Shown here: positions 8,882-18,426 of the stretch, one piece after another | How positions within the stretch are numbered: the first letter of the stretch is position 1 | Layout: each line of letters starts with the position of its first letter | DNA from: Candidatus Kaiserbacteria bacterium RIFCSPLOWO2_01_FULL_45_25 | Lineage (GTDB): Bacteria; Patescibacteriota; Minisyncoccia; Phycocordibacterales; UBA918 | Direction of reading: 5' to 3' | Length of the DNA stretch: 64,000 nucleotides | NCBI GenBank assembly: GCA_001781415.1 | Contig: MFLT01000012.1 | Coordinates: 6,485-70,484 of the forward strand | Notes under the pieces: generated by a model | Database searches by the model: none | What the model saw: the letters and a program-made list of their open reading frames with translations, nothing else | What the model was told of the DNA's origin: nothing | Translations under genes and position numbers: made by a program

Positions 8882-9778
8882 TTAGTTCACTATCCGTTCA
8901 AAACAGTATCTTCCCTCTTTATACTGCCAGCTATTGCCATTTCTGATGAGGGCAGTTTTGTCGAAGGTTGGCCCCCACATCTCTTGTTCGGTGTTTGAGT
9001 CACGAGAGAAGGTGGCGCAAAGGTTAAAGCCTTGCTCGGTTACTTCGTAACTATAAGCAGCACGGTCTTCTGGTGCTTCTGGAATTGGGAATCCATCATA
9101 AGCTTCTTCTAGACTAGCTGGAACAGTACTACTACTTACCGCTAGAGCTTCTTCAATTTTCCACTGAATTTGTTGTAGGTCAGAAATTTGTGTTTCGTCT
9201 AACTTCATTTCACGAATGGTGTTTGGTGTCTGGCTATTGAAAAATCCCATAACAATTGCCGCAGTCACCACAACAGCCATCGCTAGTCCGTAGAGTTTTG
9301 ATTCCTTCTCACGAGTGAGCCAGTAGCCACGGGCGTCTTGAAGGTAGTAATAAAAGGCCGCTCCCACAATGAGCATCAATACTGCGGCCTTGAGTACAAA
9401 TCTGGTTGTAAGTTCCCCTTCTAGGAAACTAAGGATAACGGCTACAGCATCTCCAAGAAGCACACCGCCACCTACTAGAAGTGATAGGTATAAAAGCCAC
9501 TTAGTAAGTCCAAGATAAGCACTGTTGGTTTCGGTGCGACGGTTTTTGTTGACTTGGCGAGTGAGGGCTAGGTAAGTTGGGAAAAATACCAAAAGCATAG
9601 CTATAGCCACCCGTAGACTACTAGTTGAACTTTCAATTTGCCAATAACTTTCGGCAGCATCTTCAAAACGTAGGTTGATAATACTAAATAGTAAAACTAC
9701 TAAAAATGAAATTGATACATAAAGGGTTATTAAAGCTCCGAGCTGTAGCACTGTGTGCTTGGCTGTGTTGTTTTCCAT
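8882..9778 (-). CDS. hypothetical polytopic membrane protein
   Basis: 298 aa, ~5 predicted hydrophobic helices then soluble C-terminal domain. Confidence 0.6.
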   Translation of the reverse strand: MENNTAKHTVLQLGALITLYVSISFLVVLLFSIINLRFEDAAESYWQIESSTSSLRVAIAMLLVFFPTYLALTRQVNKNRRTETNSAYLGLTKWLLYLSLLVGGGVLLGDAVAVILSFLEGELTTRFVLKAAVLMLIVGAAFYYYLQDARGYWLTREKESKLYGLAMAVVVTAAIVMGFFNSQTPNTIREMKLDETQISDLQQIQWKIEEALAVSSSTVPASLEEAYDGFPIPEAPEDRAAYSYEVTEQGFNLCATFSRDSNTEQEMWGPTFDKTALIRNGNSWQYKEGRYCFERIVN

Positions 9779-9864
9779 ATACTCATATTATACGCCTTTC
9801 GGTGGTAAAAGGTAACAAAAGATAAGTCCCCACTAATTAAATTTGAGTGATATAATGCACCTAT

Positions 9865-10134
9865 ATGAAATCAGAAGACTTAAAGAAGGCGCCGAAGCTA
9901 TTTTGTGAAAGTATTAATGTTGGATTTACACCCGAGTATTTTGTGATGGGTTTGAGTTCTGGTACTCAAGGGGCAATTTATTCTCTTACCCCGCAGCACA
10001 CTAAACGACTCCTGCAGTACCTCACCCACCAGATAGCTGAGTTTGAAAAGCAGAACGGTGAAATTAAAGCTGAGTGGAATCCCAACATCGTGAGTCCAGT
10101 GCAGCGCATGAATCCTCCAACTGAGTTGAGTTAA
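9865..10134 (+). CDS. hypothetical small protein
   Basis: 89-aa ORF, the only plus-strand gene in this block, followed by a bidirectional terminator. Confidence 0.45.
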   Translation: MKSEDLKKAPKLFCESINVGFTPEYFVMGLSSGTQGAIYSLTPQHTKRLLQYLTHQIAEFEKQNGEIKAEWNPNIVSPVQRMNPPTELS

Positions 10135-10164
10135 AAGAAAAAGCGACCAGGAAGGTCGCTTTTG
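10135..10164. terminator. bidirectional intrinsic terminator (GCGACC agga GGTCGC)
   Basis: stem-loop with A-run upstream and T-run downstream between convergent genes 9865..10134(+) and 10194..10508(-). Confidence 0.55.
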
Positions 10165-10193
10165 TCATCGTGGAACTAGTACTCCTGCTTTGG

Positions 10194-10508
10194 CTACAGC
10201 CAATTCCTTCTGGCTTCTTTGATGGTCTCAATCATGAGTGGTGCCGCCTGTATGCTTTGCTGGAGGGCAATTTTAAAGCTTGATAGAGCCAAAATTAGCA
10301 CTTCTTCTGGCACGTCATTGGTTGGAGCACCATCAGGAAAGAAATTTTCAATGAACAAAACTGTCATCTCCTCTTTCTCACCCTCAGTTCTCTTTGTGTC
10401 AGCATTTGAGTAGAAAAGTAGCTCATCAGCCGGATTAATTCTGGCTAATTCTTCAGCTAAGGCCTCGCACTCGTCAAAGAGATTGAGGGTATGTGCGTTG
10501 TAACCCAT
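10194..10508 (-). CDS. hypothetical acidic small protein
   Basis: 104-aa ORF. Confidence 0.5.
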   Translation of the reverse strand: MGYNAHTLNLFDECEALAEELARINPADELLFYSNADTKRTEGEKEEMTVLFIENFFPDGAPTNDVPEEVLILALSSFKIALQQSIQAAPLMIETIKEARRNWL

Positions 10509-10574
10509 GATTTTCTCCTTGAATGAACAATGGCGAGGTTACTTAAAGAATAGAGTAAATTTGAGGCAAGTCAA

Positions 10575-10601
10575 CAGAAAAGCCGACCCATTGGGTCGGC
10601 T
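10575..10601 (-). terminator. intrinsic terminator (GCCGACCCA t TGGGTCGGC)
   Basis: 9-bp stem + U-run on minus after stop of 10623..10901. Confidence 0.55.
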
Positions 10602-10622
10602 TGGCTTTGTCTTTCGTCGGTC

Positions 10623-10901
10623 TCATTTTCTATGGATGAGCCGCTCCGTCGTGAGCGCTGCCTCAAGTGCCTGATTGAAGTTGTCGAACATGGCCTCAAC
10701 TGCTTCGGCCAAGGTCATGTTCTCTGTGTTTTTGGGCATGAATGTATCGATGAGCTTTTGACTGGCGTCATCAATCTCAGCTTCGGTTTTGCCGTCGGCG
10801 TCGTAGATGAGGAGTCTGTGAGTACCAGCTAGTCGCTGGAGTTCCTTGCCGTCTGCCTCACACTTCCGCATGAGGGCTTCAGCCCGTGGACTAAGTGACA
10901 T
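10623..10901 (-). CDS. hypothetical small protein
   Basis: 92-aa ORF, 10-nt gap to upstream ORF (likely bicistronic). Confidence 0.5.
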   Translation of the reverse strand: MSLSPRAEALMRKCEADGKELQRLAGTHRLLIYDADGKTEAEIDDASQKLIDTFMPKNTENMTLAEAVEAMFDNFNQALEAALTTERLIHRK

Positions 10902-10911
10902 GTTGTATCTC

Positions 10912-11238
10912 CTAGTTGTGAGACGTGGATACGGATTGATTATTCACATCAACGAACTTCTTGGCGTAAGTGCTAAGCTCCCAATACTCAACGAGTATCT
11001 CCTGCTTCATGTAAAAGCGCCTTTTCACAACCCGTTTGACTAGCGGCTCAGGGCCTCTGGTCAACGTGTCGAGAATCAGAACGATTTGGTTGTCGTGAAT
11101 CTTCTTCAAGAGACCGTCGTAGATGTCGATAACGAGCACTGGTTTGGTGTACTGCATGAGTTCCATAAAGACCGCCAGCTCATTTTCGGTGAGTAAACGT
11201 CCGGCAAAGGACGTCAGCGAGGCTTCTTTTTTGGCCAT
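10912..11238 (-). CDS. hypothetical small protein
   Basis: 108-aa ORF. Confidence 0.5.
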   Translation of the reverse strand: MAKKEASLTSFAGRLLTENELAVFMELMQYTKPVLVIDIYDGLLKKIHDNQIVLILDTLTRGPEPLVKRVVKRRFYMKQEILVEYWELSTYAKKFVDVNNQSVSTSHN

Positions 11239-11299
11239 GGTGATTTCCTTTGTAAAAGAACAATAAAATACAGCATAGAGTTTTTGGTGGTCATGTCAA

Positions 11300-11338
11300 G
11301 AAAAGCCCGGCGCCTAAAGGCGCCGGGCTTTCTTTTTA
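11300..11338 (-). terminator. intrinsic terminator downstream of ychF
   Basis: GCCCGGCGCC taaa GGCGCCGGGC 10-bp stem, U-runs both sides. Confidence 0.55.
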
Positions 11339-11514
11339 AACTACTTTACTATTATTTTGAAATTGTTATAGTGCCTGTACCACACAGAAGGGACTGGCCA
11401 ACTTCTGCTCACATCTTGGATGGTGGTTGGCTACCGCAGATGCATTGGAGGGGTTTAGTAGTGGCGAACGAACAACCCACACAAACTCTTTTGCACCTGC
11501 GGTTTTTTATATGT

Positions 11515-12612
11515 CTAAATCAAAAACTCAATCACGTCTCCGTCTTTCACTATGTAATCCTTCCCTTCAGTTCGTAACTTACCTTCAGTGCGAGCTCGAG
11601 CCAGTCCATTACATTCGACGAAGTCATCAAAGGTCACTACTTGAGCGCGGATATATTTCTTTTCAAAATCAGTGTGGATAGCGGCAGCCGCTTTTGGTCC
11701 GGTTGAACTAATTGGTACTGTCCAAGCCCGAGTCTCCTTCTCTCCAGTAGTGAAGTAACTCATGAGTCCAAGACGGTTGTAACAAGCGCGGATAAGACTC
11801 TCTACTCCACTTCCCTGTGCGCCATATTCACGACGGAAATCATTCTTCTCTTCATTTGAGAGGTCACGAAGTTCGTGTTCCATACCCGCGTCGACCACTA
11901 CGTACTCAGCGTTTGTACGTTCAAAAAATTCTACCAACTTTATCCAACGGTCATCATTCTGGTCATCGAGGTTAAAAGCATCAGTCTTCTTGTTACAGAC
12001 ATAAAGGAAAGGCTTCATAGTGAGGAGGTGTAGCCCCTTCACTACCTTGAGTTCATCTTCAGTCATTGGCAGTGCATTAGCGAGGTTTCCACCAGCTAGA
12101 TGTGGCTTCAAGCGGGCGAGGACGTCACGCTCGACTACGGCTTCCTTGTCTCCGCGCTTCGCGTCACGCTCCACGTTATTGAGGCGCTTTTCTACTGTTT
12201 CAGCATCAGCCAAGATGAGTTCGAGATTAATTACTTCAATGTCTGATAGCGGGTCGATTTCTGCTGAGACATGGTGAACTTCACTATCTTCAAAGATTCG
12301 TACTACTTCAGCAATCATGTCGGTTTCGCGGATGTTGGCGAGGAATTTGTTGCCGAGTCCTTCTCCTGAAGCAGCACCAGCCACCAAACCAGCAATGTCT
12401 ACGAACTCAACTACGGCCGGAATGATAGTGGCGGTACCAGAGATAGCCGCTAAGCTAGCAAGGCGCCCATCTGGTACAGCTACTACACCCACTGATGGGT
12501 CGATAGTGGCAAATGGATAATTAGCAATCAGAACCTCATTTTTGGTGAGGGCGGTAAACAGGGTTGACTTTCCTACGTTTGGAAGTCCTACAATTCCTAC
12601 AGATAATGACAT
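11515..12612 (-). CDS. ychF: ribosome-binding ATPase YchF (Obg-family GTPase)
   Basis: GIVGLPNVGKSTLF P-loop, NYPFATIDP, C-terminal TGS-like region; 365 aa. Confidence 0.9.
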   Translation of the reverse strand: MSLSVGIVGLPNVGKSTLFTALTKNEVLIANYPFATIDPSVGVVAVPDGRLASLAAISGTATIIPAVVEFVDIAGLVAGAASGEGLGNKFLANIRETDMIAEVVRIFEDSEVHHVSAEIDPLSDIEVINLELILADAETVEKRLNNVERDAKRGDKEAVVERDVLARLKPHLAGGNLANALPMTEDELKVVKGLHLLTMKPFLYVCNKKTDAFNLDDQNDDRWIKLVEFFERTNAEYVVVDAGMEHELRDLSNEEKNDFRREYGAQGSGVESLIRACYNRLGLMSYFTTGEKETRAWTVPISSTGPKAAAAIHTDFEKKYIRAQVVTFDDFVECNGLARARTEGKLRTEGKDYIVKDGDVIEFLI

Positions 12613-12672
12613 ATACGCGCTAGACTAACAGAGTTTTGCTAAAATCCAAAATTAATATGTGGCAGAAGTAGT

Positions 12673-14319
12673 CTAGGACTGGCTTTTAATTGCTGAGCGC
12701 AGGTACTGCATGTCGGCATCAACTTTTTTGTGAGGATTAAAGATGCGGTGTGGGTCAAATATTTCTTTGATTTCTTGGAATACATTTAGTATTTCTGGAC
12801 TAAACATTTTGTGTAGATAGGGTGTTCTAATTAGTCCGTCATTATGTTCTCCGGTAATTGAACCATGGAATTCTCCTACCAGTGTATATACTCGCTCAGA
12901 TAGTTTGTTGATGATTTGGATAAAGTCGGGACGTGAAAAATCCATTAGAGGAATAATGTGGAAGTTGCCATCGCCCACATGCCCAGCCACGGTGTACAAC
13001 AAGTTATATTCATCAAGAATGGCGTACAGTCGAGGAAGAAATTCTGGTAGATGCTCAGGTAGTACTACAAAGTCATCGATGAAAGGGGCGGTGTGTTTGT
13101 CTGAAACATTTTCACGCAAAAGTTTGAAGCTCTCACGTCTGATTGTCCAAAACTTCTGGGCTTCTGATTGATTCTTGGTGATGTGTGAGGAAACGCCAAA
13201 TGACTTAATTGATAGTTCAGCCTGCTTGGCCATTAATGCCGCTTCAGTTTCAGTGTCGGCTGCAAATTCTGCCATTAGTACTAACTTTGGAATGCCGCCT
13301 TGGAACACCAGTTTTATCTCAGGCCAAAAATCTCGTAGTAGTGTGAAGGGGTTACCACCTAGTCGCCAAAATAATTTAGGAAATACTCTTAGCATTACGT
13401 TAAAAGTTTTGTCATCATATGATTCAAAGCTCTCTGGCTTATGGGCCAAGACCGCGTTTACAATTTTGCCTAACTGAGCGAAGTGTTTTGGTCGTAAAAA
13501 TAGTACCAACATTCTTGAAGCTGGTTTTGGTTTTACAAGATTAAAAGTAATTTCTGAAATTAAACCAAGGGTGCCCTGTGACCCAACAAAGAGTTGTGTC
13601 ATATCAAAGGTGTCTGTGGTCTCGTCCCAAACATTCCAGATGCCATAACCGGCGGAGTTTTTACTAACTATTGGTTTGGCAGATTTAATTGCATCGTGAT
13701 GCTGATGAATTAATCCTTCAACTCGACGATAAATCTCACCCTCATAATTAGCTTGTGATTTTTTGGCTTCAAGTTCAGTTCTGGTTAGACGCTTAAATTC
13801 ATATTCAATTCCATCTTGTAGCACTACTTTGAGGGTGTGGACGTAACGTTCAGTTTTGCCGTACGTTAGTGACTTTTCTCCAGCTGAATTATTGGCCACC
13901 ATACCACCAACGGTGTTTAGCTCTCTACTGGCGGTGTAGCTTGGCATAATCACTCCATGTTTTAGTGTGGCTTTTTCAAAGTCACGATAAAATACGCCCG
14001 GCTGCGTGGTGGCATGGACTGTGTTTACTTCCAGTATTTGATTAAAGTAGCGAAGAAAATCTACCACAATCGAACTTGAAAGTGGCCCGCCAGACATATC
14101 TGTTCCAGCACTTCTGGCAGTGAGAGACAGCTCGCCACGTCTAGTGTGGACGTAGTGAATTAAGGTATGTAGGTCAGCAACGTTTTTTGGATAGACAACT
14201 AATTCTGGGCGAATTTTAAAAATACTTGTATCTTCACTATATTGCTCCAATACCCGATTGCTATTGTCTACATCACCGGAAAAAGTATCTGGTATAACGA
14301 TTGGGTTTAGTTTTGACAT
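12673..14319 (-). CDS. FAD-linked oxidase (PCMH-type FAD-binding; D-lactate dehydrogenase/GlcD-like)
   Basis: SAGTDMSGGPLSSSIVVDF FAD-binding motif, C-terminal ...EIFDPHRIFNPHKKV typical of FAD-linked oxidase C-domain. Confidence 0.75.
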   Translation of the reverse strand: MSKLNPIVIPDTFSGDVDNSNRVLEQYSEDTSIFKIRPELVVYPKNVADLHTLIHYVHTRRGELSLTARSAGTDMSGGPLSSSIVVDFLRYFNQILEVNTVHATTQPGVFYRDFEKATLKHGVIMPSYTASRELNTVGGMVANNSAGEKSLTYGKTERYVHTLKVVLQDGIEYEFKRLTRTELEAKKSQANYEGEIYRRVEGLIHQHHDAIKSAKPIVSKNSAGYGIWNVWDETTDTFDMTQLFVGSQGTLGLISEITFNLVKPKPASRMLVLFLRPKHFAQLGKIVNAVLAHKPESFESYDDKTFNVMLRVFPKLFWRLGGNPFTLLRDFWPEIKLVFQGGIPKLVLMAEFAADTETEAALMAKQAELSIKSFGVSSHITKNQSEAQKFWTIRRESFKLLRENVSDKHTAPFIDDFVVLPEHLPEFLPRLYAILDEYNLLYTVAGHVGDGNFHIIPLMDFSRPDFIQIINKLSERVYTLVGEFHGSITGEHNDGLIRTPYLHKMFSPEILNVFQEIKEIFDPHRIFNPHKKVDADMQYLRSAIKSQS

Positions 14320-14322
14320 ATA

Positions 14323-15747
14323 TTAATGTCCAGATCCACTGGTCTTAGTAAAATCTCCCTCATAAATAGTTGGGTCAGCTGGGCCGGTTACTTCTATAGT
14401 ACCCCAAGCCCCTTTGTCTGTACGCATCAGGGCGTGGTCCACCAGAACGTATGTGCCTGGGTAATCGACAGTAAATTCAACTATGGTTGCTCCCCCAGCT
14501 GGGACGTTTGTGGTCTGGACATTCTTAAACTCCGCACCACCAATTGAAGCTTCTGGGTACACGGTATCAAAAATTTCGCCCACTACATGGAAGGAAGAAT
14601 TGTGAACCACTCCACCATTACCAACATACATGCGGATTTTGTCTCCAACCTCGGCCTTCATTTTATTTACTACTCCATCTGGACGACCGTTGAAAGTTAT
14701 ATAAGTTGGATTGCCTAACATCATTTTCTTGGCGTCAAACGCTTGTAAGCCACGACGGCCAATGGCGCCGGTGGTAAATATTTCCCCCTGCATTACATAA
14801 AACTCCTTATCTACTGCTGGTAAGCCATCTTTTGGTTCAACCAAAATCATGCCGTACATGCCGTGCGCCATATGCACAGCCATGTTTGGGGTGGCACAAT
14901 GATAGACAAATAAGCCTGGGTTGAGTGCCTTAAAGGTGAAAGTCTTGGTCTCTCCTGGTGCTACCATAGTCACAGCTCCACCACCACCTGGGCCAGTAGC
15001 AGCATGGAAATCAACGTTGTGGTGATGAAGACTGCTGGCATTATTGGTGATGGTAACGCGAACAATGTCACCTTCTCTTACTCTAAATAATGGACCAGGA
15101 ACGGTGTTATTGAAGGTCCAGTAGTTAAAGGTGATTCCTGGAGCTAGTTCAGACAATACTTCGGTCGTTTCAAGATGTAATTCTCTAATCTGACCTCCCT
15201 CTTCTGGTGCGGCGTCTTCGTCGACAACGGCCAATGTTCCACTAGCCGACATTTCACTTAAGAGTGTGGCAGTGACTGGTGTTGGGTCTAGTACGGTAAT
15301 TGGTGGAGGGACATCACTGGGGTCGCGGGCAATGTCTTCAATGTGTGCAAACTGGTCGATATGTTGAAAGAATGAAATTACATTTTTCATTGGTAAACCA
15401 GGTCCAGAACCAGGGCCAAATGACTCAACATAAACAGGATATTGTAGGGCGTAAAGTCGTCCAACTGAAACAGAGACAAATAAACTAATTCCGATGGCAA
15501 AAAATATCATGGAAATGCCCATGGGTGCGGCTTTTAGTCGCCAGACTAGGCGCAGAGCGAAGAACAGCATAGCTGTGATAGCCATGCCAAGTCCCAGGGC
15601 TTGGATCAAAGAAACCTTTAAAAATTGAAATAATTCAACGCCACCAAGAAATAGAACACCTCCACTAATTATCACTACCCCAACAATAAACATTATTACT
15701 AAAGCCCAGGACAACTTCTCAATATTGTGAAAATCGTGTTCAATCAT
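14323..15747 (-). CDS. nirK: copper-containing nitrite reductase (NirK-type two-domain multicopper oxidase) with N-terminal membrane extension
   Basis: HHHNVDFHAATG (type-2 Cu His) ... VYHCATPNMAVHMAHGMYG (type-1 Cu Cys/His/Met); ~100 aa hydrophobic N-terminus. Confidence 0.8.
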   Translation of the reverse strand: MIEHDFHNIEKLSWALVIMFIVGVVIISGGVLFLGGVELFQFLKVSLIQALGLGMAITAMLFFALRLVWRLKAAPMGISMIFFAIGISLFVSVSVGRLYALQYPVYVESFGPGSGPGLPMKNVISFFQHIDQFAHIEDIARDPSDVPPPITVLDPTPVTATLLSEMSASGTLAVVDEDAAPEEGGQIRELHLETTEVLSELAPGITFNYWTFNNTVPGPLFRVREGDIVRVTITNNASSLHHHNVDFHAATGPGGGGAVTMVAPGETKTFTFKALNPGLFVYHCATPNMAVHMAHGMYGMILVEPKDGLPAVDKEFYVMQGEIFTTGAIGRRGLQAFDAKKMMLGNPTYITFNGRPDGVVNKMKAEVGDKIRMYVGNGGVVHNSSFHVVGEIFDTVYPEASIGGAEFKNVQTTNVPAGGATIVEFTVDYPGTYVLVDHALMRTDKGAWGTIEVTGPADPTIYEGDFTKTSGSGH

Positions 15748-15996
15748 GTTGTTATTGTAGCACTCTGGTAGATAGGACTTGGCATAGTGTACACTTAACT
15801 TCCTACATGAAATTTATTACCACTATAAACTTTTCCAACTCCAATCTATGTAAGTGGTTGCTGGCCATTAGTTTTCTTGAACAACCACCCACGATGTAGG
15901 TGTTTGAAGATTGCTTCTCATGAATAAGCGTGATAGTCGCGGTAATAATCAAACACCTTAACTCACCCAAATTAATTATTGACGTAACTTCTATCT

Positions 15997-16389
15997 ATGT
16001 TTACAAACATTCTCAAATCTACATTGGAAACTGCCGCTGCTAAGGCCTTGGCTACAAATGGACCAGAAGGAATTAATGTTGTGCCTGTCTCAATGATTAG
16101 GGTTAACGAAAACGATATCTGGTTGTTTGACTTTTTTATGGACAAGACAGCTAAGAATGCGGAGGCGGGAGAAAAAGCTGCTCTAACTGCTTGGACAGAT
16201 ATGGTTGGAGTACAAATTATTGCGGAGCTACAGTACGTTACTAGTGGAAGTGATTTTGAAGAAGCAGTGACATGGGTAAAGACCCAAAATGCTTCTCGGG
16301 TAGTTAAAGGATTATTAATCCTCAGACCATCAAAAGTCTATGACATCAGTCCAGGTGGAGCTTTCAGTGCTGAAGATTTAAGTTTTTAG
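15997..16389 (+). CDS. hypothetical protein, possibly PNPOx-like/FMN-binding split-barrel
   Basis: 130-aa ORF; weak resemblance only. Confidence 0.45.
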   Translation: MFTNILKSTLETAAAKALATNGPEGINVVPVSMIRVNENDIWLFDFFMDKTAKNAEAGEKAALTAWTDMVGVQIIAELQYVTSGSDFEEAVTWVKTQNASRVVKGLLILRPSKVYDISPGGAFSAEDLSF

Positions 16390-16487
16390 AGTTAAGTGCT
16401 GTGAGGTTGAGGTGTTGGGTTCTAAAATGTGGTAAAATATTTGCAGTACAACTAGTCAGTGTCGCTTTATTAGTTTGACATGCTCAT

Positions 16488-16619
16488 ATGACTAAAGGCC
16501 AAGCCCTCTGCTATATTCTTGCGGTGATTATCATCACTCTTTGTGCGTATTTATATACAGCCACTGCTCAGGCACCTACCCACGAGAACCTACAGCCCGT
16601 AGCGGCGACCAATATGTAA
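16488..16619 (+). CDS. possible 43-aa small membrane protein
   Basis: ATG..TAA ORF MTKGQALCYILAVIIITLCAYLYTATAQ..., ends immediately before terminator hairpin; not in ORF track (short). Confidence 0.25.
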   Translation: MTKGQALCYILAVIIITLCAYLYTATAQAPTHENLQPVAATNM

Positions 16620-16621
16620 AT

Positions 16622-16651
16622 GAAAAAGCGTCCCTTGGGACGCTTTTTTGT
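16622..16651. terminator. bidirectional intrinsic terminator (AGCGTCCC ttg GGGACGCT + TTTTTT)
   Basis: 8-bp stem, T-run. Confidence 0.55.
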
Positions 16652-16668
16652 GGTTGGCTCACCGTAAA

Positions 16669-17097
16669 TCATTGTGTGCAAATGATAAACGGGATTTCCG
16701 GGCTTTCGTCGAAATGGAAGAAAGGAGACGTGTTCATGCCGAACAGTCCCTTTATTTCAGTCAGCATTTTCAAGTACTGACCACGGGCATAAATCAGATC
16801 GCTTTCGCTCACTGACACCGATGATGTCTGAAGCTCAAATTCAATCACATCTTCGACTTCCTTCTTTGTGTCAGTGTTGAGACAAAGAAGCGTATAGAGT
16901 GCCCCCAAGTCGTCTTGGCGCAGAAAGAAAGGCACGCTCCTGGGAGTTTCCGAATAAGCCAAGAGCCATTGCGCCAAGGCCGAGGTGACTCTTGGCAAGT
17001 CGTAGATACCCAGCTCAATGACATTTTGTTGTTTGCTGAAGTTCGTGAAAACATTTTGCAGCAACGTGAGTTTGGACGAGAAAGGTCTGTTGTCCAT
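16669..17097 (-). CDS. hypothetical protein
   Basis: 142-aa ORF. Confidence 0.5.
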   Translation of the reverse strand: MDNRPFSSKLTLLQNVFTNFSKQQNVIELGIYDLPRVTSALAQWLLAYSETPRSVPFFLRQDDLGALYTLLCLNTDTKKEVEDVIEFELQTSSVSVSESDLIYARGQYLKMLTEIKGLFGMNTSPFFHFDESPEIPFIICTQ

Positions 17098-17192
17098 TAC
17101 GAATCCCCAGTAAAGAGTTTAAAGAGCAACCAGCACGATGCCAGATGTTGTTGATACCGTATCATAAAAGCACTGCATAGCAATAGCTAAGA

Positions 17193-17224
17193 CAGAAAAA
17201 AGCCGACCCGGTGTAAGGTCGGCT
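17193..17224 (-). terminator. intrinsic terminator (GCCGACC...GGTCGGC)
   Basis: stem + U-run on minus after stop of 17246..17884 ORF. Confidence 0.5.
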
Positions 17225-17245
17225 TTGGCGTCAGCGGTGTTCGGG

Positions 17246-17782
17246 TTACTGCCGGGCGGCTTCACGTTGCTTGGTCTGCTGCCAATTATGGACTGTCACC
17301 CCAGTGAGGTGTTCATACCCATGACTTGACCACACCAGACTGATGGGCACATAGCGTACTTGTGGCATCTTCCACCAGTACTGGAGGTTCTTGGCCAGGT
17401 GAGTGCCGTAATCGGCTTGTAGCCGGTTGAAGGTGTGGGTAATCAGTTCCGGCGTGTTAAAGTCCGACTGATTAACACCACCAAGTGACAGTTCTGCCCA
17501 CTTAAGGCCGGCTTTCTCTTCCAGTTCGGCCAAGAAAGATTCATCTTCCTGCAGCAGGGACTGGTAGAGTGTGCGTACTGGCCCGTTCATCATCACAAAA
17601 GGGATGGTCGGGTCTGGGCTCAGTTGCTGTGAGACAGCCAGTTGTACAAAGCTGTCCACCACGTCTACCGCAAAGGTAACCACCATGCCCTTTTGGGCCA
17701 AAAGATTTACAGCCGGAACGACGTCAATCTTGTTGCGAAGCTCCCAAAAGTAAAGTCGAGTACGATCAGATGCCTTGGTCAT
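17246..17782 (-). CDS. hypothetical protein
   Basis: ORF track gives 17246..17884; the first 34 codons look like AT-rich leader, probable start at Met35 (ATG 17782..17780, MTKASDRT...). Confidence 0.45.
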   Translation of the reverse strand: MTKASDRTRLYFWELRNKIDVVPAVNLLAQKGMVVTFAVDVVDSFVQLAVSQQLSPDPTIPFVMMNGPVRTLYQSLLQEDESFLAELEEKAGLKWAELSLGGVNQSDFNTPELITHTFNRLQADYGTHLAKNLQYWWKMPQVRYVPISLVWSSHGYEHLTGVTVHNWQQTKQREAARQ

Positions 17783-17926
17783 GCCTATAACTCCTTGTAA
17801 TGTACTGATACCTGACAATTTCAGGCCAAAATTAGAGTACAGCAGATTAAAAATTAGACAAGCCACCAGGCAAATTTTATGCACACTGCCTCCCGGTATC
17901 AGTTTCTAAAGTGATATTATTAATAT

Positions 17927-18358
17927 ATGGAAGGCTTACGGTTACTATTGATAAAAAATCAGAGTTACCTCGGCAAACTCCGAGTACGTGCCCTTTACTG
18001 TACCAGCGCTATTACCTCTGTAGAAAGCGATACACACAAACAGTACGGGCCTTTCGCAGGCTATTGGGACGAGTGGTATGTTGAAGCTGATGAAATGAAA
18101 CAAGAGCTCATGGATAACATCACGGCTACGGCCACGTTCTTATTTGAGCTGCGAGACTTTATTGCGACACTTGAGCAACGACAAAAACTAACTAAGAGTG
18201 ATAAGTCATACGTACTTGAAGTTACCAGCTTAGCTGAAGGTAAGCTAACGGAACAACAAGACCTACTACATTCAATTAATGAAAGAATTGAACTCCATCA
18301 ACAATTAACTGAGAAACTTCTCATGGTTGAGGCGATTGATAGTCTGAGTGACGAATAA
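17927..18358 (+). CDS. hypothetical protein (predicted coiled-coil C-terminus)
   Basis: 143-aa ORF. Confidence 0.5.
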   Translation: MEGLRLLLIKNQSYLGKLRVRALYCTSAITSVESDTHKQYGPFAGYWDEWYVEADEMKQELMDNITATATFLFELRDFIATLEQRQKLTKSDKSYVLEVTSLAEGKLTEQQDLLHSINERIELHQQLTEKLLMVEAIDSLSDE

Positions 18359-18426
18359 CTAGCCATCATGTAGACAATATTTTGCCCTGGATATAGGGCT
18401 TTTATCGTGTACAATAAACAACGACT

